Shown here one piece after another: positions 1-15,367 of a stretch of DNA of 64,000 bases. The position numbers were made by a program, and so were the translations under genes. Under the pieces are notes generated by a model, which made no database searches, was not told the DNA's origin, and saw nothing but the letters and a program-made list of their open reading frames with translations. This DNA is from the human T2T-CHM13v2.0 reference genome, Homo sapiens. The stretch lies in the NCBI RefSeq assembly GCF_009914755.1, contig NC_060928.1; one strand, 5' to 3'. The first letter of the stretch is position 1; every line of letters starts with the position of its first letter.

Positions 1-3000
1 TAATTTTATTCCATTTTAAATCAATCTATAAAATTCTGTGTTAATCTCTCTACAGAAGATAGCCTTAAAAACTAAAGATACTTTTTCCTCTTCATTTCCC
101 CCTTAGTCTACTGATTTTAGAAAATCATTTTTTATATTCATTCACAAGGACTTTAAACTATGCTATAATTATGAAATATCACAGCTTCATATATTCCATT
201 AAGATAAACATTTTTACCATGAAAGAGCTTTAGTAAAATTAATAGTCATAAATAAAATGTCTAAAAAACTGTTCTCTTAATTTATAAGAAAACATTATGT
301 GTTCTATTAGAGTTTAGTAAAACCTTGGGTGAATAAAACAGTGCTATGCTGATTTACATAGGACTATATTTTTCAATGAATCTAGATTAAAATTCAGTTG
401 AGAAAACTTGAGGAAAGCTCATACCATATGTGCTTATGATTTTATCTTCATGAAACATTTCTCTGAGTCAATTAAAAAGCAGCTAGAAGACTAACAAAAT
501 AAAAGTTCTCAAATGTCATTGCATTTCAATACTTGTAGAAAAATAAAGAGTTAATCTTAACATCTGGATTTCTAGTTTTCTACATAAGATGTAGTAATGG
601 AAGATGAGAGTTGTTTGAGCTAATTTATCTTTCAGGCTTAAGTATCTCATCTTTTTCTCTGAAAGTTTTTAGATGTTTCAATAGCTGATTTCTGTGTAAC
701 GTTATAACCTTTACATCAGGTTTATTTTTCTCTCCACAGATGGTCATTTGATAATGATAGATGAAGCATGTCTGAATAAAAAGTTATGAAACACACAGAT
801 TCATAAGAATTACAGACAGTATAATTACTTTATTGCTAAGCCTTCTATATATTCTATTACCTTGTATACACATAAAACATATAAATGTGTATCTTTAACT
901 CACTAAATTAAAAGACACCATTAAAACATTAAAAACACAGCTATATATAACTTTGCTGGAATGATATTCATATTTAAGTCCATGAATTTTAAAGCTAAAA
1001 GTACTGAAAAATTATTTGTTCCCCTGTTTTATCCACTGAGACTGCCTCTGCAACATACTCACAATGTGATTATCTGACTTAACAGTTGAATGTCTCCAAT
1101 AATTTCTCCAATTGACAGAAACAGAAGGGACAAAACTTTTTCATTAAAGAATAATACTGAGAAGTAGCTTTAATTCAGTCATGGAGTACATACAAAAGAC
1201 AAAGTCCTGGGTCACAGTTGTGTCAGGATTTAGTAGAGAGTGCATATAATATGAGATAAGCACATATCCAAAATCTAGTCAGCTAAATCACAAAGGTATT
1301 AATGACTAGCAGTGGAATAAAAGAAAGGAGGGGTTTAAGAGGTTTAAACTAATTATACTGACAGCACTGTTGCTGTTAAATAACTTTTCTTTACCTAAAT
1401 ATGGCAAAGGGAACAGCAGATTCAGCTCTCTGTGCACCTCGAAAGTATCCCAGAAATAATCACAGCAATGAGAAACTCATAAGCTAAAATATCCCTCTGC
1501 ATCTTCTGATTACAGTGTCTATTGCTATATACCATGTTCCAGGTATGTAGAACAGTGCCTTTCTAATAGTAGACACTCGGTAAATATATGCTAAATGCAT
1601 AAATGAATCTATTTTGAAGTCAGGAAAAGTGTGGGAAGGATAGCATGTGCAATCTGTTTTTATACAAAAAAAAAAAAATCTTTTACAGTAATATCCCCAA
1701 AAGTCTTCTCTTTAGGTTTCATAGTTAAAGTAGAGTTATAGAACCAACCTTAGCTGTAAGAAAGGATGGAAAAGAGAGTATTTAGCTTGTCTAATCTCTA
1801 TAGTGGAGACAGCAAGGGATAAGAGACATTGGAAATAAGTATCATGTCAACCAACCAACAGAAACTTCCATGCACTGCAATCTATTATTTCAGCTAAGTT
1901 TCAAAACTTCATATTAGTTATTTTTATTACACCCATTTATTGAATGAGTAACTCAAAAATTAAGATTATTAAGCAACTTCTCTCAGGTCTCACAATTATG
2001 AATAGTGGCAATGGAGCTTAATCCATGTTGTCAAACTCCTATCTACTCTCAACGACTACACTCATTTTTTAAGAGAATCAAAGAGGTCAGCACAAGACAT
2101 ACAATTTAATTTCTGTCCCAATTTTTTTGGTTGTGTGCCTTCCTTTACATCCTTTTACTTGAACTTTTTACAAATTTAAGGACCTTTCTTTGCCAATTCT
2201 CTGGCCATGCAAATATGTTAACATTCCTTTTCCTTTTCTTTTTTATTGGGATCAGTTTCATATTTGTACATTCTTGGGAGTATCTTTTTACTCATGAGAT
2301 TTTACCTCTTTTAGGATTTCATAAAGCTCATATTTTATTAATGTGCATGATTTCTACTTTTACTTCAAGACAAAGCGTGCATTTTTACATGGAAATTTAC
2401 TGAAATAGGAATATAAATTTAAAAGTTAGGGCAGATACTCTTGATTTCTTGTTCAACAATCATTGCTAGTTTCTCATCTTTGCTTAGAAATTCTTGGTTT
2501 TATTCAGACGTTTGAATATCCAAGTGGATGACCTTTGATGTGTTCTGTTTAATATTTCCCAGCAGATCACTTAGATATAGTCATTTTTAAAACCATGGCT
2601 AGTAAGACATAAGGGGAAATCTTCTAGGATGATTTGAGCAAGTCTTATCCTTCATAAAAGAGTTACACGAATTAAGTCCTCCCCATTTCTACATTTGTTC
2701 ATTTTCATGTGAGAACTGAAAATGAGCTGCTTCTGTTCCTTGCTACGGTGAAGTTAAAGGCCTCAGGACATAATTCAATCCTCTGAGGTTGACAGATCAG
2801 AAAGAGGGAAAGCACCTGCCTCCTTTATTCTTATTGCGGAATCATGTGAAACTGGAAGCACAAACTTACAGTATTACTGCTATGAGGAAGATAAACTCTT
2901 CAAAAATACAAATGTTAAGATGTGTCTCATAGTTTTCATGTGAATGTTACTATTTTGTCATTATTTAAACAATTTAGTGAAAAGGAAATCTTATTAAAAT

Positions 3001-3211
3001 GTACTTCAGATGCCAGATATTAGAACTATAAGTTAGAAAGAACAGAAAGGTTAGTGCATTGAAAGAAAATTGAATAGCTCACTGACTTATAACACTAACC
3101 CAAAGCTTTCTCACAAGACTAACTTCACTTCAGATTTGTAAAAATTTCTGATTATAAAAGTCATAGAACAAAAAGAGAAAGGGAACATATCATTTTCCTG
3201 ACTAAATGTAT

Positions 3212-3554
3212 CAGGGACCAACAAGCTTTTGCTACAAAGGGTCAGATAGTAAGGATTTTAGGTTTTGCAGACTATATGGTCTCTGTTGCAAGTATTCAAC
3301 TCTGATATTGTAACACAAAAGCCACCATAGACAATTATAAATGAATGAGCATGGCTATATTCTAATAGAATTTTTATCTATGGACACTAAGATTTGAATT
3401 TCATACAATTTGACACAAAATAGTATTCTAATTTTGATTTGTTCTTTCTCAAACATCTAAAACTTCAAAACCGTGTTAAGTTCCTGAGTTGTACAAAAAT
3501 AGATTTGTACAAAAATGGGTTTGTTTTGCAGTCTTTAGAGTTTGCCAACTCCTG
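3212..3554 (+). mobile_element. MER58 (MER58B-like) hAT-Charlie MITE
   Basis: Starts caggga..., internal aagggtcagatagtaaggattttaggttttgcag, ends tttgccaactcctg; about 340 bp. Confidence 0.75.
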
Positions 3555-4245
3555 GAGATAGAAAAATAATTCTTGTAGTCCAATTTGTTTTCAGCTATTT
3601 CCCCACTACCATGAAAATAAATAGAATTTCATATACACCCTGGGCTTTGGAGAAATCCGTTTTGGGTGTCTGTTCTCTAGGGAAAGCTCTTATATAAAGC
3701 AGATGTTCCCAATCAGTTGCTAGAGGATTCATGACAAGGGACTTCAAATTAGTGTGTGCATAAAACAATGTCTATGGACAAAATAAATAAAGTGATTCAT
3801 GGTTACATGGAAAAAACTCAAGAATCCTCCATTCTTCTTCCCACTACTAATTGTATCTTGCTTTACTTAAACCTAAAAATTTGGAAACTTTTAGCCAAAA
3901 TAAAGCAAAAGAGGCAAGCGCCTTCACCCTTTATATCTTTGTCATACTAACACTATAGAGTATAAGTTGCCACTACTTTTTATTATTTGATATCACCATA
4001 AGAGTGGCTTCACTCACCCATTATTCACTGTTTTATTCTGTATATTTGGCTATCTAGTCATCTTAAGAAAAATACGTATGCCAAAAAAGCAATAGCAAGA
4101 TAGTAAGAACTTGCCAACTTAAGAAACATCTCAATCTGAATTAATGAAAATTATAAATGAAATAGAATAATTTAAGTGAATATACTTTATTATTTTATCA
4201 ATGTAAAAGTAGGCCAAAGTAAAAAAATATTTGAGTGATTTATTT

Positions 4246-4378
4246 TAGAGTAACCATAGATCTCAGTTGGCCCGGAACAATGCCAAATTAGAACACTTGT
4301 CCTGTGTACAGTTATTAATAAGTGCCCCATTTCATTCTGAAAAGCACATGCACATGGAGAACAAACTGTATGGTGGTT
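4246..4378 (+). mobile_element. MER94-like hAT-Blackjack MITE
   Basis: tagagtaaccata...ttggcccggaaca...ttattaataagtgccccatttcattctgaaaag resembles the recalled MER94 consensus. Confidence 0.55.
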
Positions 4379-5652
4379 GTAATTTTAGGAAACATAAGAG
4401 ACTATTTTGTAGTGTCTATCTGATCATTCTATTTTCTAAAGTTTTTAGAAGAGCCTAATTCTGATGTTTGTTCTCTCTGCAGAAATGCTATTTACTTGTG
4501 AAATTTTGAATTATGGAATGTGAAGTCACGTTCAGTAGGATTTATTTCTGAGAATCTTGTGAGGCCTTGGTTGAGGACAGTTCCCGTCCAGACAGGTTTT
4601 GCTTCTGCCAAGCATCCTAGGGATGGTACCACCATAAAACTACTTTATATGTTATTTTCTCAGGTTAAAGCCTTCCAAAACCATGCATATAATACAAATG
4701 CTATTTGCATAAGTGCAGATTTATTATTATGAGTTATCAGAAAAGAATTATATTTTAAATCCAGGCCAAAATAGAATGCTTTCTTGCAGTTTTTCTTTGC
4801 TGGTGCATGGGATTTTTTCTGCCAACCTGTCCTTTCACTGATAGAGCCCTTAGAAAATCTTTGCTTTATATATAGGCATCAGTTTCTACTCACCAGCATC
4901 TAGCTGACATGGTTATCAAAACCCAAACAGTCTACATTCCACAAGACAAAGCATTAACAACTACTTAGCCCTCAAGAGAGGACACCTCTAGAAAGTTCTT
5001 GCTTTCTAGAAAACTCATCTCTTCATTTCAAAGGATGCTTGCCATATATTATCTAGCATTTTTATAGTGTGAGGAGTTTCAAATGATCTAATATCCTGTA
5101 TTTCCAGGAATCAAATGGAATAAAAATGGGAAAGAGAAGCATAAAACTAGCAAAGGACAAGTTGGAGAGGTAAGAAGAAAGCCTAAATAGTGAATGTAAC
5201 TGATGTTAAGGGAGGAGAGATTTCCAAGAAGGACCTGATCAACCACCTGTTGCAGCAGTAACAAGAAAGATAAAAAGTGAGAAAAAGAACATTAGCTTCA
5301 TGTAAATGACTGCTAGGAACTTAGGAAAGTAACTTCAGAACAATATTTTAGGTGGTGATCCCTGAAAAATATATAATGTATTAATTTGAAGAAATCAGCA
5401 GAAAAGAAGCAGAGAGAAAAGAAAAGAAGAGAGACTTAGGATAATCTCTTGAAGCAGGCAACACTTCATTAATGGAATTATTGTAAAAATTAAATAAAAT
5501 AACTCATGCAAACCCTAAGCATGGTGCTTTGCGGACACTTAATAATCACAGTTACTTTCACCATGTCTTTCCTTCCTCCATGAGAAAAATAATACAAATG
5601 CTTTAAGATGCTACAAGGTGAGAACTTTAGAAAACTGAATTCTCACAGAAAG

Positions 5653-6047
5653 TGTCATGCAGAAAAGTGTTCACACAGCAGGTCTGAGTTGCTCAAACCC
5701 TGCACATTCCCAAGAAAGACCTATCTAATGTGATTGACCCCAAATAAAAACTCTGAATATCAAGGTTCAAGTAAGCTTCCTTGTTTAACAACACTTCTTC
5801 CTTGTCACACATGATTACTGGGAAATTAGTACATCTAGGAAACTCCACTAGGAGAGAGCACCTGGAACATTGTGCCTAGTTCCTCCTGGATTTTGCCCCA
5901 TTTCCCTTTTCCTTTTTGCTGATTTTAGTCGATATCCTGTTGTTGTAATAAACAAATAATTTTGTAAGTGTAACAGTTTTTCTGAGGCATAGGAGTCCTT
6001 CTAGTGAATCACCAGTATTGAAATTGCTCTTGGGAACCCCCAACACA
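5653..6047 (+). mobile_element. MER21-like solo LTR (internally deleted)
   Basis: tgtcatgcagaaaagtgttcacacagcaggtctgag ... tgttgtaataaac ... gagtccttctagtgaatcac ... ttgggaacccccaacaca. Confidence 0.6.
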
Positions 6048-6974
6048 ACTACAAAATAGTTTTATATGTTTCTTAAAGTTATGGTGACATGCAACTCATT
6101 TTCCAAACTGCATGTACTCTTCAGAGTGAAATGAGGCACTATTAATAGTTACATGCAATATAAGGGGGAGATTAAGGTTCAAATTGAACATATTTTTACG
6201 AGGAAATTTTTATCATAAGTGAAAATAAAGACAAAAGAATTTAGTAATTAGGTATCTTAAGGAGAGAGCCAAAACTTTGGAATAGACAGTGTGAAGAGTA
6301 TTCACTGTGTCAAATAGACAAACATAACTGAATTGCCAAAGAGTGGTCAGAGCCCAGTTGGATTTATGAGAATCAATTTGGAATGAGTCAGATATGCTCA
6401 GTAAATGGAAATTTCTCCAGAGGTCCTCTTCAGTAAAGGAACTAAAGGAAAGGAAAGCAGATTGTGAGAGGACTTTTAATTCTCACCTAATTACTAATTA
6501 GGACTTCTAATTACTGCCGATAGCCCTCAGATGTTTCTTAGGGTCTCTTTCTAGGCATACATATAACCATCTTCCCACATTGGGTCCCTATCACACCTTG
6601 ACAATAATATGATAATGTTCCGGACTCCCAAGTTCTAATCTGCAATAAAAACACTACTTTTTCTAATTAAAAAATAGTGCATACTCATTACATTTAGAAA
6701 AACTAAAAACATTAAATATAATGAAGAAATCACTTCTTATACAAAACCCTTATGATTTTGCTGCATTTACTTACATCCCTTTTAAAGTGATAATGTTCAT
6801 AATTACACATAAACTTACAAGCAGTTTTAATTTTTAATGGGACTCCTCTACAGAAATTTTAGTGTACAGTTTCCTTCAATTAATATTTACTATAAGCATA
6901 TTACCAGTGAATGCTAAATATGCTTTAAAGGTATAACCTTTAAATGACTTTATAATATTCTGTCATAATGAAGC

Positions 6975-7075
6975 ATTCAATCCCTTAATTTTACAGATGA
7001 GAAATCTGAAGCTTAAAGAGGTTAAGTGACTTCTCCAAAGTCACAGAGCTAGTTTTGTTAGATTTAGGAAGAGAA
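6975..7075 (-). mobile_element. MIR fragment
   Basis: MIR core ttttacagatgagaaatctgaagcttaaagaggttaagtgactt. Confidence 0.75.
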
Positions 7076-7704
7076 ACAATTTCTCTAAAGTTCTTATTTA
7101 ATATTTTATTACTTCACTTTAATCTACCCTGTATAGTGCCACTCATATAACTGTCCTCAAATATTGAACGTATCATATCACCTCTCTGCTTTAGCACACA
7201 GGCACCCAACTGCATAGAAGAAAATGTCCAAACTCTTCACCCTAGTATTCAAGGTCTTTTTACAAATCAGCTTTACATCACTTTCCATGTCCTAATCCCA
7301 TACCACTTTACATTAATTATTTGCTTATACTTAGCCCATACCATTACCCTGGAATATAGTATGCTAATTACAGAATCCAAGACTTACATATCTTGTTTCC
7401 CTCGCCAAGATTTAATTTCCTCTTCTTTCATATGCCCAAATACTAAAACCCTTCAGGGCTCTATTCAGATTCTACATCCTTCATAAAGCCTTTTCCACCC
7501 ACCATAACTCACTCTAAACTCTTAGTTCTCTAAATTCATAAAGCCTTTTCCATATGAATAGTAGAGTGTCTTCCCATCAGATGTAAACTATCTCAATTAT
7601 TCATTGTCATGTCAATCTCCTCTGCAAATGTGATGCAAAGAAAATATTCAACTATACTGACTAGACTCACTTCAAATTCATAAATAAAAACCTCAGATGG
7701 GTTC

Positions 7705-8757
7705 TTATTTTTCATTGTGGTAAAATATACATAGCATAATATTAATAATTTTAACCATTTGTAAATGCACAATTCAAGGGCATCAAATTCATTCAAAATG
7801 TTGTGTTATCACCATCACCACCACCACTTCCCAAAACTTTTTCATTATGCCCAATAAAAATTATACATCCATTAAATAGTAACCTACCTTTTCTCCTCCT
7901 CAGACCCTGGCAACCTGCATTTTGCTTTCTGACTCTATGAATTTGCCTATTCTAGGTACCTCACGCAAGTGGAACTGTACAATACTTGTCCTTCTGTGTC
8001 TGGCTTATTTCATTAAGCATCATATTTTCAAGCTCTATCCATGTTGTAGCATATATCAAAATTTCTCTCCCTTTTACAGCTGAATTGCATTTCACTGAAT
8101 GTGTATAATTTATTTTGCTTATCCACTCATCTATTGATGGACACTTAAATTGTTTTCATCTTTTGGCTATGAACATTGGTATACAAATATCTATTTGAGT
8201 TCCTGCTTTCAATTTTATTGGATATAAGCCTAGGAATGGAATTGCTGAGACATGTGGTAGTTCTATGTTTAACCATCTTATATTCCCACCAGTAATGCAC
8301 GAGGGTTTCAACTTCTTTACCTCCTAGCCAGCACTTATTTTCCATTTTTTGTATTATAGCCAACCTGGTAGGTGTGAAGTGGTTCTCTCATTGTGTGTTT
8401 CCCTAAACTAGTGATGGTCAGGGTCTTTTCATGTGTTTGTTAACCATTTGTATATCTACTTTGAAGAAATATCTATTTATGTCTCCTGCCCATTTTCTTA
8501 AATTGGGTTGTTTTTGTTGTTGTTGTTGTTTTTGAGTTTAAAGAGTTCTTTATATCTTTTGGATATTAATTCTTTATCAGATATATGATTTGCAAATATT
8601 TTCTCCCATTGAGTAGATTGCCTTTTAATGAAGGTCATTTATCAATTTTTTCCTTGTTTGCACTTTTGATGTCATATCCATGCAATCACTGCCAATGCAA
8701 TCAAGATTTCCTATAGTGTTTTCTTCTAATAATTTTATATTTTTTAACTAAGTTTAG
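7705..8757 (-). mobile_element. Old L1 (L1MB-type) 3' end
   Basis: Antisense L1M 3'UTR and ORF2 C-terminus; ORF 8145-8363 MAIIQKMENKCW... is decayed ORF2. Confidence 0.85.
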
Positions 8758-9193
8758 GTCTTGAATAAACTTTATAGGAGGCCATTGGTTTGGACTGAGC
8801 TCTTGCACTAGGTTCAATAAACCAAACCAAAATGGAGTTTCTCATGCAGAAGTTCCACACCACCAAGCTAAAACTGAGTGGTTTATCTGAGCTTCCAAGA
8901 AATTGAAAGAGATAACAGCCAAATCCTCAAACAGTCCCTGTTTTAGCTGGAATGCTAAGAAAGTCTACTCTGCTATAATCTTTCCAAGGAAAACTCTGTA
9001 ATGCCCAATCCGCTTTTGTTTTTTGTTGCTGCTTTCCTCAGCATTTTTCTGTCTATAAAGCCAAGCTCCTATGCTCAGCTCATCAGAACACTCATTCTAT
9101 TTTATAGAATAAGATGTTGCTGGATTCTAGAATTGCAAATAAAAGTCTATTAAGGTATTTGAACTAAATTTGTTATAATTATGTGTTTTAGCA
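8758..9193 (+). mobile_element. ERV1-class solo LTR
   Basis: ataggaggccattggtttggactgagctcttgcactagg start, TATA-like tctataaag, polyA signal aataaa near 9138, ends ttttagca. Confidence 0.65.
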
Positions 9194-10901
9194 GTCTTGG
9201 AGTTAAATTTTGCATGAGAGTCTGAATCCCCATACTCAGGTAGCTAACTCCCACTTCTATGAACTCCAAATGTTGTTAGTCAATTATACTTATCTGTCTG
9301 GTCTATGTAGATGCCCACTCTCCTAAATGACTATTTCACAATTTCTCTCTTCTCACCCCATAAATCACCACTCTCAGCCAATTACAGTACTTCCTATCTT
9401 GTCAAAAAAATTGAGGCAATCTGAGGAGATTTCTACAGACCTCCACTGCCATCTGCCCAACTACCAGCATCTGCACATACCTCATATTCACAGTTAAGAA
9501 TAAGGGATTATACAAGGCCTTAAATATCAGGAGGTGGAAATCATTGAGGCCATCCTAGAAACCTACGAACCACAACCATGACACAGAAATAAATTCTGAA
9601 TAATTTTGCTGACCACAGTTTTCAAAACACCACTCTGGTGAATGGATGACTAAGGTTAACGAGGTCAAATAAAGCAAAAAAACAAAAACAGAAAATAAAC
9701 TTAAATCAAGTTTTCTGCTTATCTTCAAACTTCAACAAAATCCTTTTGTGGTAAGTTTGGAGGAGGGAAGAGCATACTTTCTCGCATTTATCGACTTCAT
9801 TTCTCTAATAAATAACTAATAAACAGGCATCTTTAATTATATTTTGTCAGATATAAAATATTTCAAAATCTAGCAGATAATGGTTAGCCATGTCTATCAG
9901 AAATTCAAGCATGCCCACTAACAATATACTTGTAACTGCAAGCAGAGTCTAACATGTAAAACTCTGAAAAACATTCAACCTGAATTACTCATTCATAGAA
10001 AGCAACCCTGGTTCAAAGAGGGAAAACTGTGCTCTTTTGCAAGCTCTAGTATTATTTTCTATTGTAAGAATTCATCCATGTTCTGCAACTGAGTTACCTT
10101 TAATTACACTCACATATGCTTATTTTCCACAGACATCCTTCATTTTCTTCTCTCTAGGACTATAAATTGCCAATTTCTTTAAGAAAAAAAGCAAAGATGT
10201 ACTTCATACTGCCTTCATTTCTCTTCAACTTTATTTGATATGTTTATAAACTATCTGGCTCTCAAGAATAGACTGTCAATTGTGTGCATACCCAAATTTG
10301 ACCAATACTTTCTTAAAGAAATGAGCTAAACCTTTATATTAAGTTGTATTTATTGGGCTCCCTGAATACGCTACAGACTGATCAAAAGCTCTCTCTAAGT
10401 TTATTTTCTTAAAAGATGACCCTCTATGAAAGATGTGCAAAATTCATGTTATTTTATGGGTTCCTGTATCTATTCCATGTTCTTTGGTTTTGAATTTTAA
10501 AAAGTCCTTGGATAGAAGTCTTAGGAAAGACAGCCTGATGAAAAATTCTCTAAAGAGTTAGAATAAATATTCATGGCACTAGCAGGTCAGAGGAGTGACA
10601 AAAAGCTGGCACCATGACATAGATAAGCCCTTCAAATTCAGGTTTTATGCTTCCGATTGGACCAATCAAAATTATCTATCTTTCTGATTGTTTCTAACTC
10701 TCCCCCTCCCTTCTTCTCTCTCTCTCTTTCTCTCTCTCTCTGTTGTTTTCCTCTCTTTCTCTTGTTCCTCCCCCCAACTAGAATTATTCCAAATTTTTCT
10801 ACTTGTTGAAGGACATCAATGAGTCACTCAATGACATCTTCTACCTTGGTACATTATGATGTTTTGTTGTTGAGAAACCATTAGATAAACAAAATTATTG
10901 A

Positions 10902-11277
<376 letters not shown>

Positions 11278-12939
11278 TCCCTGTAGTTTCAACAAATGAT
11301 TTTGCCTGCTACTTCAAGGGGGAAATTAGTGTCTTTTAGCAAGAACTCCCTCAATTACTTGTCCCCTCCTATCACTCCAAGAAGCATAGGAGCATTTCTA
11401 TTATTTCTATTTTCTTCCTTTTTATTTCAATGGAAAAAAAAAACTGATTGCAGGCCACTGATTTCGGTGGTAAAAAGGTAAAACATATTTAAGAATGTTT
11501 CACATATATCTGCTTAAATTTCTATGTGCTCATCACTTTGACTCCCTCTTTTGTTATCTTATTCTCTTTTGGTAGATGCACCCCTCTTTGCTATCAGCAA
11601 GTTGCAGAAAAATAATCAAGGCAGCAAGCTACAACTGTAGATTGTACCCTACACCAATCATGTGTAAGAGGCACTGTAAGAAGGCACTCTATCATTTAAA
11701 GCCCCCTGAACTTCCCTTCAAGCAGTAAAAACACCAGATGAAAGATATGAGAAATATGAATTCATAGATATTTTCTGTATTTACACTGATGACAGCCATA
11801 TTACACGTATTGCCCATGAAGTTGAAAACTTGGTATGGTCCCTCTTATTTACAATTCAAGTCCATCTCCTCATTATCTCATCCTTTTCATCTGTTCTTTA
11901 TAACCAAAACCCTTTGCAAATGCCTCCCAGACCTTCCCCCCATATAAAGTTAATTAGATCACGAGCAGCTCTTCTAATTAAGCTTACTTCAACCACAAAT
12001 GCATTTTCTCATTTTATTATCACTAACACCAAGATGAGATACTGTGATTAACAATTAGGTGAATGCTCTGTTCCATGAGATTGAGTCTCAAGTGCAATAT
12101 GGTCTTAACTCAGGTTTCTGGTCACAAGAAAGTATAAACACTTTGCAAAGTCCTTGAAATCTTCTTTAGGTCACTCAATGCATTCCAGAATTGAATGAAT
12201 TAACACTTTCTATTTTTACTCCTAATCTGAATATATATCCCTAACACAAAACAATAGATCTTCTTCTGATTAATATTAACCACCTCTAATATACAAATAC
12301 ACTAAAACCTCCACTAGCTCAAAAATATCAAGTTTCCAAACAAATATATTCATGCATTATTAACGGTCAGTAAGTTCATCCTGTTTCTGTATGGTGTATG
12401 TTTTCTTTGTCATTTTCTTGTACATATTTAATAGAGTTGTAGATAGACAATAGCTTGAATAAGTTGTGAGGTTAAAATGTGTGACTGTATCATTGGTCCT
12501 ATACTAGCCCCAATTTACCATACAAAATTAGAGAAAGACACTTAAGCTTTCTGAAACTTAGCCACCTACAATGAATGAAATTTCTGCTTTACAAAGTTGC
12601 TTGTAAATGTTGCTAAATGAGATAAATTGTAGAATACTAAACAATTTTAATTAAAATTATTATGGTTATTATTTTCCTACATAATTTGAAGGTGTTAGTC
12701 TAGGCTCTAGGGGTTTCTGAATTACTGGCCTACAGTCTTTTAATTGGAATAAAAATGGTATATTAAGAGGTAGTGACAGGTATTTCAGGAAAAATAATTT
12801 TTGTTTATTAAAGTACCTTAAGGGGCCATTTATGTAAGAATAGAAAGGCCCTAGAGGGCATTCTGCAAGGAATGTGTAAAAGAAAAGGGAAAGGGAAAGT
12901 GGGAGGAGCAAAAGGACTCTTATAAAATAACAGACATTT

Positions 12940-13448
12940 ATAAAAATCATTCTACTATAAAGACACATGCACATGTATGTTTATTGCAGCACTATTTACA
13001 ATAGCAAAGACTTGGAACCAACCCAAATGCCCATCAATGATAGGCTGGATAAGGAAAATGTGGCACATATACACCATGGAATGCTATGCAGTCATAAAAA
13101 AGAATCAGTTCATGTTCTTTGCAGGGACATGGATGAAGCTGGAAAACATTATCCTCAGCAAATTAACACAGGAACAGAAAACCAAGCACCGCATGTTCTC
13201 ACTCATAAGTGGGAGCTGAACAATGAAAACCAATGGACACAGGGAGGGGAATATCACACATCAGGGCCTGTCAGGGGGGTGCGGGGAGAGGGGACGGAGA
13301 GCATTAGGACAAATACCTAATCCATGCAGGGCTTAAAACCTAGATGATGGGTTGACAGGTGCAGCAAACCACCATGGCACATGTAAACCTATGTAAGAAA
13401 CCAGTACATTCTTCACATGTATCCCAGAACTTAAAGTAAAATTTTAAA
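12940..13448 (+). mobile_element. 5'-truncated L1PA (PA7/PA8-like) 3' end
   Basis: ORF2 C-terminus [20 protein letters not shown] plus 3'UTR; TSD aaaat(a/g)acagacattt at 12924-12939 and 13449-13464. Confidence 0.93.
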
Positions 13449-13659
13449 AAAATGACAGACATTTGGTTTTATTTTGTTCTGGCATTTCAGATATGAAAAG
13501 GGTAAAGAACCCAATAATTAAAGACACAAGGAAATTTTAGAAGGAAAAACAGAAAAAAAAAGAATTTAGCAAGATGGCAGGAAGCTGGGGATAATAAAGA
13601 TGCCAGGGAAGCCCTGCAAAAGACAGAAAAAAAATGAACGTATAATATTTATATTAAAT

Positions 13660-13979
13660 TCTTGCTGATGAGAAAGACAAAATGCACTGAACAAATAATG
13701 AGATGTTTTATTCAAGTTATTACAGAGATGATGTCATTAGTGAGGGAAGTCTCAAAGAAAAGGAAGGGTGCCAGAAGTTTTATAGAGGCAGGCAAACAAA
13801 GTCATCCACAAGTCTTATGGGAGTCATGAGAAAGAATGGAGACTGGTGTTAGAGTATGTAAGGGCAGTGTGGTGGTACTTTGCCACTAGCCTTTATTCTG
13901 AACACAAAAATTGGGAGGACATCTTAACTTGCACTGCTTTCCCACAACGCAGGGCTCAGAAAAAAAAATAACATTGTCA
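13660..13979 (-). mobile_element. ERV1 LTR (MER67/MER31-like)
   Basis: Reverse complement begins tgacaatgtt...ctgagccctgcg...gggaaagcagt. Confidence 0.5.
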
Positions 13980-15367
13980 CTTGTCTCTGAAATAATCCCC
14001 CTTCTTTTTACCATCCATCTTTAGTAAATTCTGCTGTATAAGGTACTTTGAGAGAACTGAAGGAAAAGAGAGTTAAATTCTATGTTTTAACCAATTTAAT
14101 AGAGGGAAGAAAAAATAATCCAGGTGGTGAGATATTAAGAATTGAACAGAAAGAGGAAATTAAAACAAGAGGTGGTCAGAAAGAATGTAAGCCATCAAGA
14201 ACTTTTAGCAATATTGCAAGGTCAGGAAGTAAGGGGTTGGATGTTTCAATGTATGTAGAAAAGAAGGTTGGAGGATTTAGCAATTCCCAGGTGGTAATAT
14301 TTGGGGAATTCATATAAAACTGAAAAAATTAGGTACTCATAGGAAATATAAAAAATATTTAAGGTGGCCAGCAAAATACTTGTTTGCTGGAGTTTCAGGT
14401 GCAGTCTAAAAGTGCATCCTAAGGAAGGAGGCGGCATTCCTTTTTCTGCCTATAATAAGCCAGAGAGTTTTAGAGATGCCAGTTTTGGAGACTCTAGGAA
14501 TTATAGGCAACTGAACTACTGCAAGAGCTTCCTAACTATTAATCTGCTTCCACTGTTCCTCTTTCCAATCTATTCTTAAAATTAACATAAGTTTCCTCAA
14601 GTATGAATCAGATTGTGTCACTTCCTTATTTACAGCCTCTCATGGCACACCAAGATCATTCATAAGCCAATATAGTTATAGTATAATCTTCTGCCACTCT
14701 CACCACCACTTACCATATTATATTATGGGCTATCGCTCAAACAGGAAATTCTTTCATGTTAATCTATTGATTTTCGCACATCTAAATAGAATGTACTACT
14801 CCTAAAGCTTTTTTCACAATTTATTTTATCAGCAAATTTATCACAATAGCTCCAGCTGCTGAAGTTCAGATTTCCCCACTGGACTAAAAGATCAAGGACA
14901 AGAACTGTGGTTTAGATTTTACATATCCACCCTACCTTCCATACCCTTCCCAGAATCTAGCTCTAGGTATATGTTCAGTAAATGTTTTTAAATAAGTGAA
15001 CCACTGTGCTATAAGTACCTTTATTCTGGTAAGTAAATGAGCCAAGGCAAGATCATATCTGGATATATATAATTCTCATGAAAAGGTAAATTTCAGTTTA
15101 TACAATACACAAGTTGAAATATGATAATCTCTCAAGGATTATATAGAGAAGCCACAAGCTTAAAACAGTAGGTTGAAATATATAGTCTTTAAAATTCCAT
15201 CCAACCCTACAAGTCAATAATTCTGTGGTTAATAAGTTAGAAATGGAAACAGATGAGAATCAGAAAGGAAATATAATACTAAGCATCTAAAGAAGGTCAT
15301 CTTGGAAGAGAAGATACTGTAACTCAAATCCTTACTGTCTATGTGCATACCTCTGAGCAAGGGTCAG

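Noticed and set aside
721-830. Strong plus-strand acceptor tttatttttctctccacag, with similar sites at about 4482 and 10132
   Set aside because: No good downstream donor and early stops in the frames I checked; likely chance pyrimidine tracts.
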